A stretch of 64,000 nucleotides of DNA from an uncultured Planctomycetota bacterium (GTDB taxonomy: Bacteria > Planctomycetota > Planctomycetia > Isosphaerales > Isosphaeraceae). A program made the translations under genes and the position numbers. Numbering within the stretch: the stretch's first letter is position 1; each line of letters starts with the position of its first letter. The stretch lies in the NCBI GenBank assembly GCA_963845755.1, contig CAWJTV010000002.1, positions 1 through 64,000 of the forward strand, given 5' to 3'. Shown here in pieces: positions 31,488-42,000 of the stretch. The notes beneath the pieces were generated by a model. The model was not told the DNA's origin and made no database searches. It was given only the letters and a program-made list of their open reading frames with translations.

Positions 31488-33827
31488 GTGAGCATCGCCA
31501 CATCGACGAGGTGCATCGTGCCTATCGGGGATCGGGAGTTCCCCTTCGAGAAGCCATGGTCGGGCCGGACCCTTGCGAATCGCGGGTACCTGGCCTTCGA
31601 CACCGAGACCGAGGTCCTCAAGGACAGCGACCGGCAAATCCCGCGGCTGGCCCTGGCCACCGTCTGTGCAGGCGACGAGGCGAGCGCCGTGATCCACCCC
31701 GATCAGGTCGGCCGGTTCATCCTGGCCCATCCGCGGGCCCGCTATGTCATCCACAACGTCGCCTTCGATTTCTGGGTCGTCGACCACCACCTGCAGGAAC
31801 GCGGCGAGGAGGAAGCCAGGAAGGCCTGGTGGGACGCGTGCGAGGGGAACCGGATGCACGACACGATGATCATGGGCCAGTTGATCGAACTGGCCCGCCA
31901 GGATGCCGATCCCAGGCCCCGCAGCCTGGCCGACATGGCGCGGGCCTACGCGCGCATGGAGATCAGCAAGGAGGATCCCTTCCGGATGCGGTTCGGCGAG
32001 CTCATCGGCGTTGACTGGGACCAGGTCGAGGACGGATTCTTCGACTACGCGATCAAGGACGCGATCGTCACTCTCCACGCCTTCAGGCCGATGCTGCTCG
32101 AGGCCCAGCGTCTGATGATGGAGCTCGGGGGCGAGGGAACGGCGCTGGCCGACGACGTGCTCGCGCGGCACGGGGCACTCTCGGAATCCATCCAGGTCAA
32201 GGGCGCGGTCGCCCTGGCCTGCATCGAGCGCCACGGCATGCACCTGGACCTCGATCGCGTCCGATCGGCCGAAACATCGCTCCGGGTCGGGCTCGAAGCC
32301 GCGGTGACCGGACTGCGTGCGATCTGCCCCGAGTTGTTCAAGACCAGCCGGGATCCGGCCACGGGCGAGACGGGCCTCCGCCGCACCCAGAACGGCGTGC
32401 CTTCGATCTCGGAGGAGGTCTTGCAACGGCAGCTTCGCCGCGTGATCGACGAGATCCGCGAGGCGACCGGCCAGGAGCTCGAAATCCCTACGACCGAGCG
32501 GACTGGCAAGCTCCAGAGTTCAAGCAAGGTCTGGGCCGAGCATGCCCATCGGCACCCGTTCCTCGAGAACTGGCTCGCGATGAAGGACCTGGCCAAGCTC
32601 TGCCAGTTCTTCTCCGCCCTGCGCGAGCCGGTCGTGCACCCGCGGTATCGCCACCTGCTCCGCACCGGCCGGACGGGCTGCAGCAGGCCGAACGTCCAGC
32701 AGATCCCGCGTGATGACCAGTTCCGGCAGGCGTTCGTCCCGTCGCCTGGCCATTTCCTGCTGGCGGTCGACTTTTCCTTCATCGAGCTGCGGACCCTCGC
32801 GGCCCATTGCCTGAAAGTATACGGCCGCTCCGAACTGGCGAACGTGATCAGGACCGGGCGAGACCCGCACGCCTACACGGCCGCCATGATCGTGGGCGTG
32901 CCGTTCGAGGAATTCCTCGGCTGGAAGGATGATGAGACCGTGATCGAACTCAACGGCAAGACGCAGGCGCGAAGGCACCATTTCAAAGAGGCCCGCCAGC
33001 TCGCCAAGCCGATCAACTTCGGCGTGCCCGGTGGACTGGGCGCCGCGAGCCTCGTCGCCTACGCCCGTCACACCTACAAGGTGGACATGACGCTCGAGCA
33101 GGCGGGCGCATTCCGGACCCGTCTGATCGAGGAGATCTACCCCGAGCTCAGGATCTATCTCGATGAGGACGGCATGTCGCTCGTGGCCCACAATCTCGGC
33201 GTTCCGGTCGGCGAGGTCTGGAATGCCTTCGATCGTGAGGGTACGCGAGCCCCTTATATCCCCCTGGGGATCAGGAACATCGTCCGTGGCAGGACCCTGA
33301 ACTCAAAGGGTAGGCCATACAACCCCTCATATCCCAGCGGGGTGTGGAGAGGGTTGATCCGGCTGTGTCGCAACCCCGAGATCAAACCGCTCCTCGAACA
33401 GCGCCGTGGGAATGCGAAGCTCTGCAATCGCCTGTTCGGTAATGCGGTCGTCACGCTGACCGGCCGGATCCGCGGCGGGGTCAGCTACTCGCAGTGCCGC
33501 AACACGCCGTTCCAGGGCCTGGCCGCCGACGGGGCCAAGCTGGGCCTCTTCCGGCTCATCCGTGAGGGTTTTCGCGTGATCGCCTTCGTCCATGACGAGG
33601 TCCTGATCGAGCTACCCGATGAGGGAGGGTTCGTGTCAAAGGCCGGGATCGATCAGATCGTCGAGATTCTCTGCTCGGAGATGCAGGCGGTCCTGGGATG
33701 CGACCTGCCGGTTGAAGTCGAGTACGCGCTTTCCACCTGCTGGTCAAAGGACGCAAAGTTGATCGAGGCGGATGGCAAGATCTATCCGTGGAGTCCGGAG
33801 ACGACCGGGGCCGGAACCGCGTCCTGA
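31488..33827 (+). CDS. Family A DNA polymerase (3'-5' exonuclease + polymerase, no 5'-3' exonuclease)
   Basis: ExoI AFDTETE, ExoII HNVAFD, ExoIII YAIKD; RTGR..PNVQQIPR, motif A VDFSFIELR, motif B RQLAKPINFG, NTPFQG, motif C FVHDE. Confidence 0.95.
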   Translation: MSIATSTRCIVPIGDREFPFEKPWSGRTLANRGYLAFDTETEVLKDSDRQIPRLALATVCAGDEASAVIHPDQVGRFILAHPRARYVIHNVAFDFWVVDHHLQERGEEEARKAWWDACEGNRMHDTMIMGQLIELARQDADPRPRSLADMARAYARMEISKEDPFRMRFGELIGVDWDQVEDGFFDYAIKDAIVTLHAFRPMLLEAQRLMMELGGEGTALADDVLARHGALSESIQVKGAVALACIERHGMHLDLDRVRSAETSLRVGLEAAVTGLRAICPELFKTSRDPATGETGLRRTQNGVPSISEEVLQRQLRRVIDEIREATGQELEIPTTERTGKLQSSSKVWAEHAHRHPFLENWLAMKDLAKLCQFFSALREPVVHPRYRHLLRTGRTGCSRPNVQQIPRDDQFRQAFVPSPGHFLLAVDFSFIELRTLAAHCLKVYGRSELANVIRTGRDPHAYTAAMIVGVPFEEFLGWKDDETVIELNGKTQARRHHFKEARQLAKPINFGVPGGLGAASLVAYARHTYKVDMTLEQAGAFRTRLIEEIYPELRIYLDEDGMSLVAHNLGVPVGEVWNAFDREGTRAPYIPLGIRNIVRGRTLNSKGRPYNPSYPSGVWRGLIRLCRNPEIKPLLEQRRGNAKLCNRLFGNAVVTLTGRIRGGVSYSQCRNTPFQGLAADGAKLGLFRLIREGFRVIAFVHDEVLIELPDEGGFVSKAGIDQIVEILCSEMQAVLGCDLPVEVEYALSTCWSKDAKLIEADGKIYPWSPETTGAGTAS

Positions 33828-34095
33828 GTTACCTGCAGGCGTCATATCCCGGCGCCCCGCCGGCACATGATGAGGCGGCCGTTGATTCGTTTACGCGGAA
33901 CATTGTGCCGGCGGCCGGGACCCTGTATCGCGTCCGATACGCGGCTGATGGAACTCTACCGTCATCATCATGGGGAACCTGTGTTTATCTGCTGGATCCC
34001 GGCGAACCAGTCGAGTAGGTTTGGAGACTGGTCCGGCACGTAGGTCTTCCGCATGGAGTTCTGGCCAGATGACGGCGATGAGCAGCTCATCCTCA

Positions 34096-34410
34096 TCATG
34101 AACGCAGAGAGAGGTTTGAAATCCGGAGATCCGGCTGATTTGAGGCGGGTAACATGTTTAGCATCTCGCCCTGCTCCCACAGATCATCGACAACGGCCAG
34201 GATCCCGAAGAATTGCCCGACCATACTCGCTGATGCGATCGCGGCGATGCTCACTCCGCTCCTGACGAGGATGGCGATGGCGTTACCGCCTGCCGTGCCG
34301 TTGTGGTCGCCGTCGATGAGTTCGACCGGACCAATCCTGAAGGCCCGAGGGGACAGGCCGTTGACCCGGGGCTGGACCTGGATGGACAAAGCAAACGGCT
34401 TTCTAGGTAG
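34096..34410 (-). pseudogene. Remnant of the C-terminus of a planctomycete extracellular protein
   Basis: LPRKPFALS..VNGL..LIDGDHNGTAGGNAIAIL, with no start or upstream body. Confidence 0.45.
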
Positions 34411-34424
34411 CCGGGAACGAGGAG

Positions 34425-34849
34425 GAAGCCGTCCGGAATACGAAGGACGTTGACCGAATGGTCCGCCGCGGGGATTTCCCCGCGTCGTCGACGTGCTCCA
34501 GTCCATCGGTTTTCTCCATCCGAATGTCTCGGGCATCGACTCTTCCTGGGCGGTCCGGAGGGGTCGGTTCGGAGCGCCGCCCAAAATCGTGTTCACCGGT
34601 GAGAAGGTGCGAGGAATACCTGCTGCCCACTCCCGATGTCGCGGAGGCCGAGGCAGGCCCGACTTTCCCGTGCCCACCCTGGATGCCCTGGCGCGCATGA
34701 CTTTGACCTCCTTCCGGCTCAAGGACAAGGTCCATCTCTTGGACCTGCTCGACGTCGGGCTCATCGACGAAAACTGGTGCGGTCGCCTGCCTCCGGAGAT
34801 CGCCTCCAGGCTTCAGGAACTCATCGACGAGCGACTTCGAGAAGGGTGA
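34425..34849 (+). pseudogene. 5'-truncated nucleotidyltransferase-family gene
   Basis: EAVRNTKDVD (DxD), IVFTGEKVR, ARMTLTSFRLKDKVHLLDL; N-terminus missing, multiple frameshifts. Confidence 0.55.
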
Positions 34850-35083
34850 TCGGATGGCGATCCCGATCCATTGCCCGACCTGGATCAGCCGACCGGTCCG
34901 ACGCTCGCCGCCCCGGCCGCGAGGAGGCCGCTGTCGCAGATCCTGAAGCCCCTGAAACTCGACTCCCTGACCGTCGCCGATGACCCGGATTTCCTCAAGC
35001 TGATCAAGAAGGAGAAGAACCTGCCCGCCTTCCTCAAGACGGGCTTGCCGACGCTCTACTGAAAGCGTGTACGAGGAGCCCTT

Positions 35084-35129
35084 GTCGGGTGGGTCGAAGG
35101 CCGTATCGCGGCGTGACGGCCCACACTAC
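35084..35129. repeat. REP-like hairpin downstream of the RAYT gene
   Basis: GTGGGTCG...CGGCCCAC stem bounded by GTCG and CTAC (GTAG on the minus strand). Confidence 0.45.
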
Positions 35130-35203
35130 GAACTTCGAACTTCGACATCCTGACAGTGTCCTGCTGTCCGAACTTCCCGAGACGAAAGAGACAAGTGACC
35201 GCT

Positions 35204-35715
35204 TCAGTTGAGCCAACCAACGGCCACGCCGACCGGCCGCCCTTGCTCGTAGTAGCGTGCCGAGCTCCATGGCCAATCACAAGGGGCTCGGACGAGCCCA
35301 GCCCGCACAGGATTCTGATGCATGTAAACGACCTTCTCCTCGATCTTCCGCTCGGAGTACAGGTTGAAGTCATAGAATCGGGCCTGCCAGACTTGGTCGT
35401 CCCGAGGGAATGTTGCGGCGTAGGCGGTGAGGCTGGTTCGAAGGAGCGCTTGATCACCACGGAGCTGCGCTGATTCCATTGCTTGAGGAAGTGGCTGAGC
35501 TGGTCGGGCATGGGGAACCAGATGATCGCGTGGACGTGGTCGGGTATGATGACGAACCCGACGCATCGCCCGCGTTGCCGGCCAAGCTGGTCGTTCAAGA
35601 GATCGACGACGACCTGCTTGGCGTCATCGTGGTCGAGTAGGCGACGACGATGATAGCAAGAGAATGTCACGAAATGGGCATCGCCGTCCCGATCGTAATC
35701 GCGCCTGGGGTTCAT
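35204..35715 (-). CDS. rayT: REP-associated tyrosine transposase (Y1 HUH), one frameshift
   Basis: HFVTFSC, FVIIPDHVH (HUH), WQARFYDFN, YMHQNPVRAGLV, WPWSS. Confidence 0.9.
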
Positions 35716-35810
35716 GAGAATTCACCCGAAGGAGAACACGTCCAGGCGAGGCAGATTCCAGCGTCAAGTCTGGGGAAGAGTAGCACACGAACCGATCAGG
35801 GGTCAAAGAT

Positions 35811-35978
35811 GTGGCCTGGATCCACGACATGGCCGGGTCGGTGGCTCTCTCCGTATGACCGGCGGCATGACGTGTCCGGGTTGTGCAGCGACGAGGATCA
35901 AGAGAGATCGACCAGGTCCGGCGAACCTCGGATCCTCTTGTGCCTTCGGCACCCGGACACGTCGTGTGTCCGGGCCAC
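35811..35978. repeat. Inverted 28-bp palindromic REP-like repeats upstream of RAYT
   Basis: ACCCGGACACGTCGTGTGTCCGGGCCAC (35951-35978), degenerate inverted copy at 35811-35838, partial copy at 35869-35881. Confidence 0.65.
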
Positions 35979-36082
35979 CCGCGGCCAGGCAACTGTCGAT
36001 GGCCGCTATGCCCGCTTCCCCGCCTTCGATCGGTTCGGCTCAGGGTCCGAAAACGATGAAGTAGCCACACCGGTTTCTACTC

Positions 36083-39000
36083 TCAGGTTCTCGTTCGATT
36101 CTTCATGACGAGAAGGCCGCTATAATCCACTACGACCACGTCGTCATCCCCATCCTTGTCCACGTCGCCGAGAGTGATTGGGCCGTTTACCTGGCCTGCA
36201 TTGTAATCCACCTGTTCGCCGAAGGTTCCGTCGCCCTTGCCCAGGAAAACGGATATCGTAGAGCTGCCCAGGGTGATGATGTCGAGCCGACCGTCGCCGT
36301 TCAGGTCGCTCAGCGCCAGGTCAGAAACGCTGTCGCCAGCGGGAACTTGGACGGGGCTGTCGAACGTTCCATCACCGTGGCCCAGGAATATCGAAATGCT
36401 CGCTCCGCCGCTAATGTTGACGCCGGTAGGGACAGTGACGATGTCGAGCTTGCCGTCTCCATTAACATCTCCGACGGCAAGGGCTCCGGCGTGTGCGTCA
36501 CCATCTGGTATCGCGATCGGGTTGCCGAACGTGCCGTCTCCATTGCCAAGCAGGATCAGACGAGAAGAAATGATGTCGAGCTTGCCGTCTTGATTGACGT
36601 CTCCAAGTGCCGAGTAAAGAAGACTCTGCGGTAACTTGATCGGCTTCCCAAAAGTGCCATCCCCGTTGTTCAGCATTGTTAGCGTCGTCGTACCTCCAAG
36701 GACGATGTCGAGCTTCCCGTCTCCATTGATATCGCCCAGAGACAAGGAGACCGCGCTGTCATCACTAACCGTGGAGTAGTCAGTGGGAGGACCGAAGGAT
36801 CCATCTCCCTTGCCGATGAACACCGACAGCGACCCGGGGCCTTCGCCGACAATGTCCAACTTGCCGTCTCCATTGACATCCCCCAAGGTCACGGAGTCTA
36901 CGATAGACCCTCCGAGGGAAAGGTGGGTTGGGTTGCCAAAACCTCCGTCCCCGGTCCCGAGGAGAATCGAAACAGCGGGGCTGGGCCCATTCACCGAATA
37001 GTCCTCGCTTACGCTGTCGAGGATGCCATCACCGTTCACGTCCCCCAGGGCGGAGTCAAGAGTGTCGTTCGCCACCGGGAACAGGGAAGGGCCACGTAAG
37101 GTTCCATCTCCGTTGCCCGAAATCACGGACACTTCGTTTGCATAAGATAGGGATGTGATGACGTCAAGATTTCCGTCCCCGTTCATGTCGTACAGCGCCA
37201 AGGCGCTAACCTCGGTCTCCTGGCTGGAAAACTCAGTTGGACTGGAAAAAGTCCCATCGCCTTTGCCCAAGAGTACACCCAAGGCAGTCCGAAATCCAAC
37301 GTCAAACACGATGTCGGGTTTGCCATCTCCGTTCATATCCCCCAATGCGAATGAAGATCCCGAGACCGGGTATTGAGAAGCGATGCTGAAGGTCCCGTCG
37401 CCGCGACCCAATAGCACCGAGACATTGGAGATACCGTTTTGACTGGACGGAGCAACAATATCAAGCTTCCCGTCTCCGTTCACGTCACCCAAAGTGCCGT
37501 ACAACAAACTAACACCGGTAGGCAGCGGAACGTCAATCGGGCTTCGGAACGTTCCGTCACCGTTGCCTAGGAGTACCGAGATGGTGAAGCCCGAGGCGCT
37601 TTCAGTGACGATGTCGAGCTTGCCGTCTCCATTCACGTCCCCCAAGAAGACCGCGGAGTCACCGGCTGTCGTTCCGGGGAGATCCTCGTGCCCGGCAAAC
37701 GTACCATCGCCGTTACCCAGGAGGATCGAGAGAGAGTGGTCCACAAGATTCGAGGTGACTACGTCGAGCTTGCCGTCGGAGTTCAAGTCGCCCAACGTCA
37801 AAGCGTACGCACCCTTTCCAGCAGGAAAGTCCACTCGATTCCCGAAGCTTCCGTCTCCGTTTCCCAGGAGAACCGTTATACTGTTGTCGGTGTAATTCGC
37901 AGTTACGATGTCCAGCCTGCCATCCCTATTTACATCGCCAAGAGACACTGCGTCAGGCCCTTTACCGATCGTGTAATCAGTCCGTGACTTGATCGTGCCT
38001 GACGAGGTTCGAATCAAGACCGTTACGGTATCGGGACCGGATGAAATGAGGTCGGCCGCCGAGTTCGCAGTGACAATGTCGGGCACTCCATCCCCGTCTA
38101 GATCGCCGATGGCAATTGAGTTCGGTCCAGTACCGGTCTCGTAAGTTGGGGTATCGAACAGCAATCCTTGAGTCGGGGGTATTATGGAGAAATTAAAATC
38201 GATCGCCGAGCTTCCCAGAGAGTTGCCCGCTCGGTCGGTGACCTGAGAAGCATCGATCTGGAGTTGATAAGATCCAGATGCGAGCGGCGGGAAGAGAATT
38301 CGTAGCTCTTTGTCATCGTTTACAAGATCGAATTGCACTGGGTCTATCAAAGATCCGCCGTTCGCCCGAAGTCGGAAGATGCTCTCGGAGGCGATCGAGG
38401 TCGCCATCGGCTCCGAGAAGTCGAGCTTGACAACGCGCAGTCCAGGTCCGTGAATCGAGCCGTCGGCGGTATTGATGTTCGCGATCGAGGGAGGTGTCGT
38501 ATCCGGTAGGAGATCGACGATGAGAGGGTCTGAAAGTGACGTGTTGCCGCCGGTATCTGTGGCGCGTACCTGGATCGTGAGCGACTCACCAGATCGGCTT
38601 GGCGGATTCAGTGCTATCGCCGAGAGGTCCCAGGGATAGGAGACTGCATTCTGAACGACCTGGCCGTTGACCAGGAGCTCTACGTTGCGTACTTGCACGT
38701 CATCGGACCCCTCAGCTCGGATTGGCACCGAGGAACCTTCGACGATCTGGATGCCGGGCGTGGCGGGGTCGACGTCCTGCAGAGTCGTGCTGATACTGAC
38801 CGAGGGCGCCTGGCCCTTGTTGTCAAAGGGGAGATAATTGACGACCTCGAGGCTCGTGCCATCGGCGACGAATGCGATGCCCGACGCGATCGCGACATCC
38901 GTGGGCGCAGCTTCGAGGTTGATGCGTGTCAGGAAGGAGTTGGTATTGGTGGGATCGGTCCCATCCATGACGTCCAGCACGGGAGCCTCGGTGAGCTGCG

Positions 39001-42000
39001 GGGTCCGCACGGTGCCGGCCGCGAGCACAACCCCGGAGCCGTTCGCCGCGACGGCAGTTCCCCCAATCCGGTTGGACTGTTCTGGCCCGGCCAGCAGGGT
39101 GGGATTGTCGGGATTCGTCACATCGACCGTCGCATACCCGCCGAAGTCGTTGGTCGCACCGGCGAGGTACGCGATCCCGTTGCCCAGGAACACTTTGCCA
39201 CCGGCGCCCGGGACGGCTACCGAACCCCGCACGACCATCTGCGGCCCGGAGATGTCCACGACCTGGAGAGTGTCGTCGCTCTCCATCACGTAGAGCATCC
39301 CGCCCTCTCGCGCCATCCCCGTGACGGGGTTGGCTGACAGGCGGAGGTTCTGGATCAGATCGCCCGTCAGGAGATCATAGGACTGGATCACGCCGCCGAC
39401 CGACGTGTAAGCGACCCCGTCGACAACCTCAACTTGGCTCGCGTTCACGTGGACGGTCACTGAGACCAGCGGCTGCGTCGGGTCGGACACGTCCACGAGT
39501 TGCAGGCCACCCGAGTTTGTCGCGACGGCGGCGATTTGGAGATTAGGATCGACCGCAACGTCCGTCGCATTACCGGGTAGGTCGATCTGGCCCTGGAGTA
39601 TGAGCTTCTGAAACTGAGACGCATCGACGATCGCCATCCCGTAGGAACCGGTGGCGACGTAGGCGGTCTGTCCGCCCTGGCTGGAGCTCGAGCCAGTGAC
39701 GGCTACGCTCTGGGCTTCTCCTTGGAGCGGCAGGCTTGCGATGACGCCGGTCGGGAATGACACATTGGCAAGCGGGTTGAGGCCCTCCTGAATCGAGGAG
39801 AAGTCGTCGATACCATCGCCGTTAGTGTCGGACTTCGTGAGTGAGGTGCCGACCGCGAACTTGATGTCGTCGGGCAGGCCGTCACCGTTGGTGTCATTGG
39901 CAGTGCTGGCCCGGAATGTGGGTTGGCTCACAATCGTGTTTTGTCCGCTGGCGGCGGTTGTGCCGGCACCATGCGCGACCAAGCCGCTTATCGGGTCGAA
40001 TTCCGTCACCTCGTACGCTTGATCGGGCGGCAGGAAGAAGTTGAAATCTCCGAAGGCGTCGGTCCGACCGCGAAGGGTGAAGTCCCCGGGGACATTGGGC
40101 AGCGCGATGGCGATATAGTCCATGTCTACCGACGCCGCGGGGCCTCCGGCCGGCATTCCTGTCGCATCAACATGGAGCTCGAAGTCTGGGGTTACGGGGT
40201 CATTCGAGAGGAACTGAATACCCCCACGCTGCAAGCCGGCGTCCTGGAGGTTGCAGACGAGTGAGAAGGACTGTGACGCTCCGGGGGAGAGCACCAACGG
40301 GTTGCTCGGGCCGAAGCCGGCAGGCATACCTGTGACGCTGAACTGCGGGTCCTGGATGATGTTAGTGATGGTCAAAGGCTGATCGCCGGTGTTGGTCACC
40401 GTGCCGAAGTTGGACACCGTTTGCGACCCCAAGGAGACGTTCACACCGCCGGCGTTGTTGTTCGGCACTTGAACGGAGATCCGCTGCTGGACGCTGGCGC
40501 CGGTGCCAACTAATGCGATGGTCACAGGGCTGTTCGAGTCGTTGGTCGCGATCGTGAGCGTGGCGGCGAAGGGACCGGGCTGGGACGGATCGAAGACGAT
40601 CGAGAACGGGAGAGTGGAGGCGCCATCGGTCACGCCCGCCGGTTGCACGGTCGTCCCCGCCGACAGCCCGACCACCGAGAAGTCGCCGGTCGCGCCGGTG
40701 AATGTCAGGCTGGTGACTGTGAGCGGCTGGCCGCCAAAGTTCGCGAGGTCCAGGTCGAGTAGGCCCTGGGCTTGGCCCGGGCCGTCAGCCAGCACGGTGC
40801 CAAGGTCATGCTGGGTCTGCCGGTCGGGTTGGCCCGAGGTGGTGAGCACGATGGCCGCGGGCGGGCCGCCCGTCAATTGCGGGGTCACGACAAGGTTGAC
40901 GCCGGTCGCGTACTGGTCGGCGGTCAGAGTGACCGATTGGTCCGGGGCCGGGGCCAGGCCGGATGGCGGCACGACGCCCACCGAGTACGAGCCCGCCAGG
41001 AGGTCGGTGAACGTGTACTGCCCATTGGCGTCGGTGACGGAGGTCGGCTCGCCCGGATCGAGCGCGCCGTTGCCGTTAGTGTCGAGGAACACCGTGACGC
41101 CGGGGAGGGGCGTGTCGGCGGTCCCTTCGTAGCTGGTGTCCTGCTCCACGACGCCGGTGATGCTCCCCTGGGCCGGGTGGCCGAAATTGACCGTCTTCGT
41201 CGCGCCGGCCTGCAACAACACTGTGTCGCTGCCCGGCTGGCGCGGGAAGTCCGAGGGCCTGGTCGGGTCGACGACCTCCTGCACGGTGTAGAGGCCGGGC
41301 GTCAGCGGCCCGAAAAAATACTGCCCCTGGCCGTCGGTGGTCGTCGATTGCATGATGGTGCCGTCGGACGCGTCGACGAGCTCGATCGTGACACCACTCA
41401 ATCCGGCGTCGCCCGGTTGGAGGACGCCGGTGTGGCCGGGGTCGACGAACTTCTCGCCGGCCAGGTAGGAGACCGGGCCGACCGTCGGCGTGGGGCCGAC
41501 GATGCCGGTCATCTGGCCGCCCGCCGTGCCGACGTTGTAGTTGCCGTTGGAGTCCACGCTGATCGCTTGGACCTGGAATGAGTAGACGTCCCCGGGGACC
41601 AGCGGCGTGCCAAGGTTGTCGTCCGACAGGACGATCGATGGGCCGGGCCCCAGCGCGTCCACGGTCTGTGCGGTGCCTCCCGCGGTCGTATCGGCCAATG
41701 TGACGAGGTAGTGGTCCGCCCCGCTGACCGGGTCCCACGTGAGCTCTTCCTCGTCGCTGCCATACCAGTAGGCCTGGACGTCCTGCACGGCTGGGAGGGC
41801 CGCCGGGTCGGTGATGCTGATGACGGCCGGGTCATAGGCGCTGAACACCGGCACGTTCTGGCCGTCGTCGATCAGGGCGTAGATGTGGTAATCGCCGGTG
41901 GCCAGGTCGAAGGTGCTGGTGTTAACGTCGATCGTGCTCCCGCCGTCGACCGCCGTGGTGGAGGCGATGGGTGTGCCGTCATAGCCGCTGGAGTTCGCGT

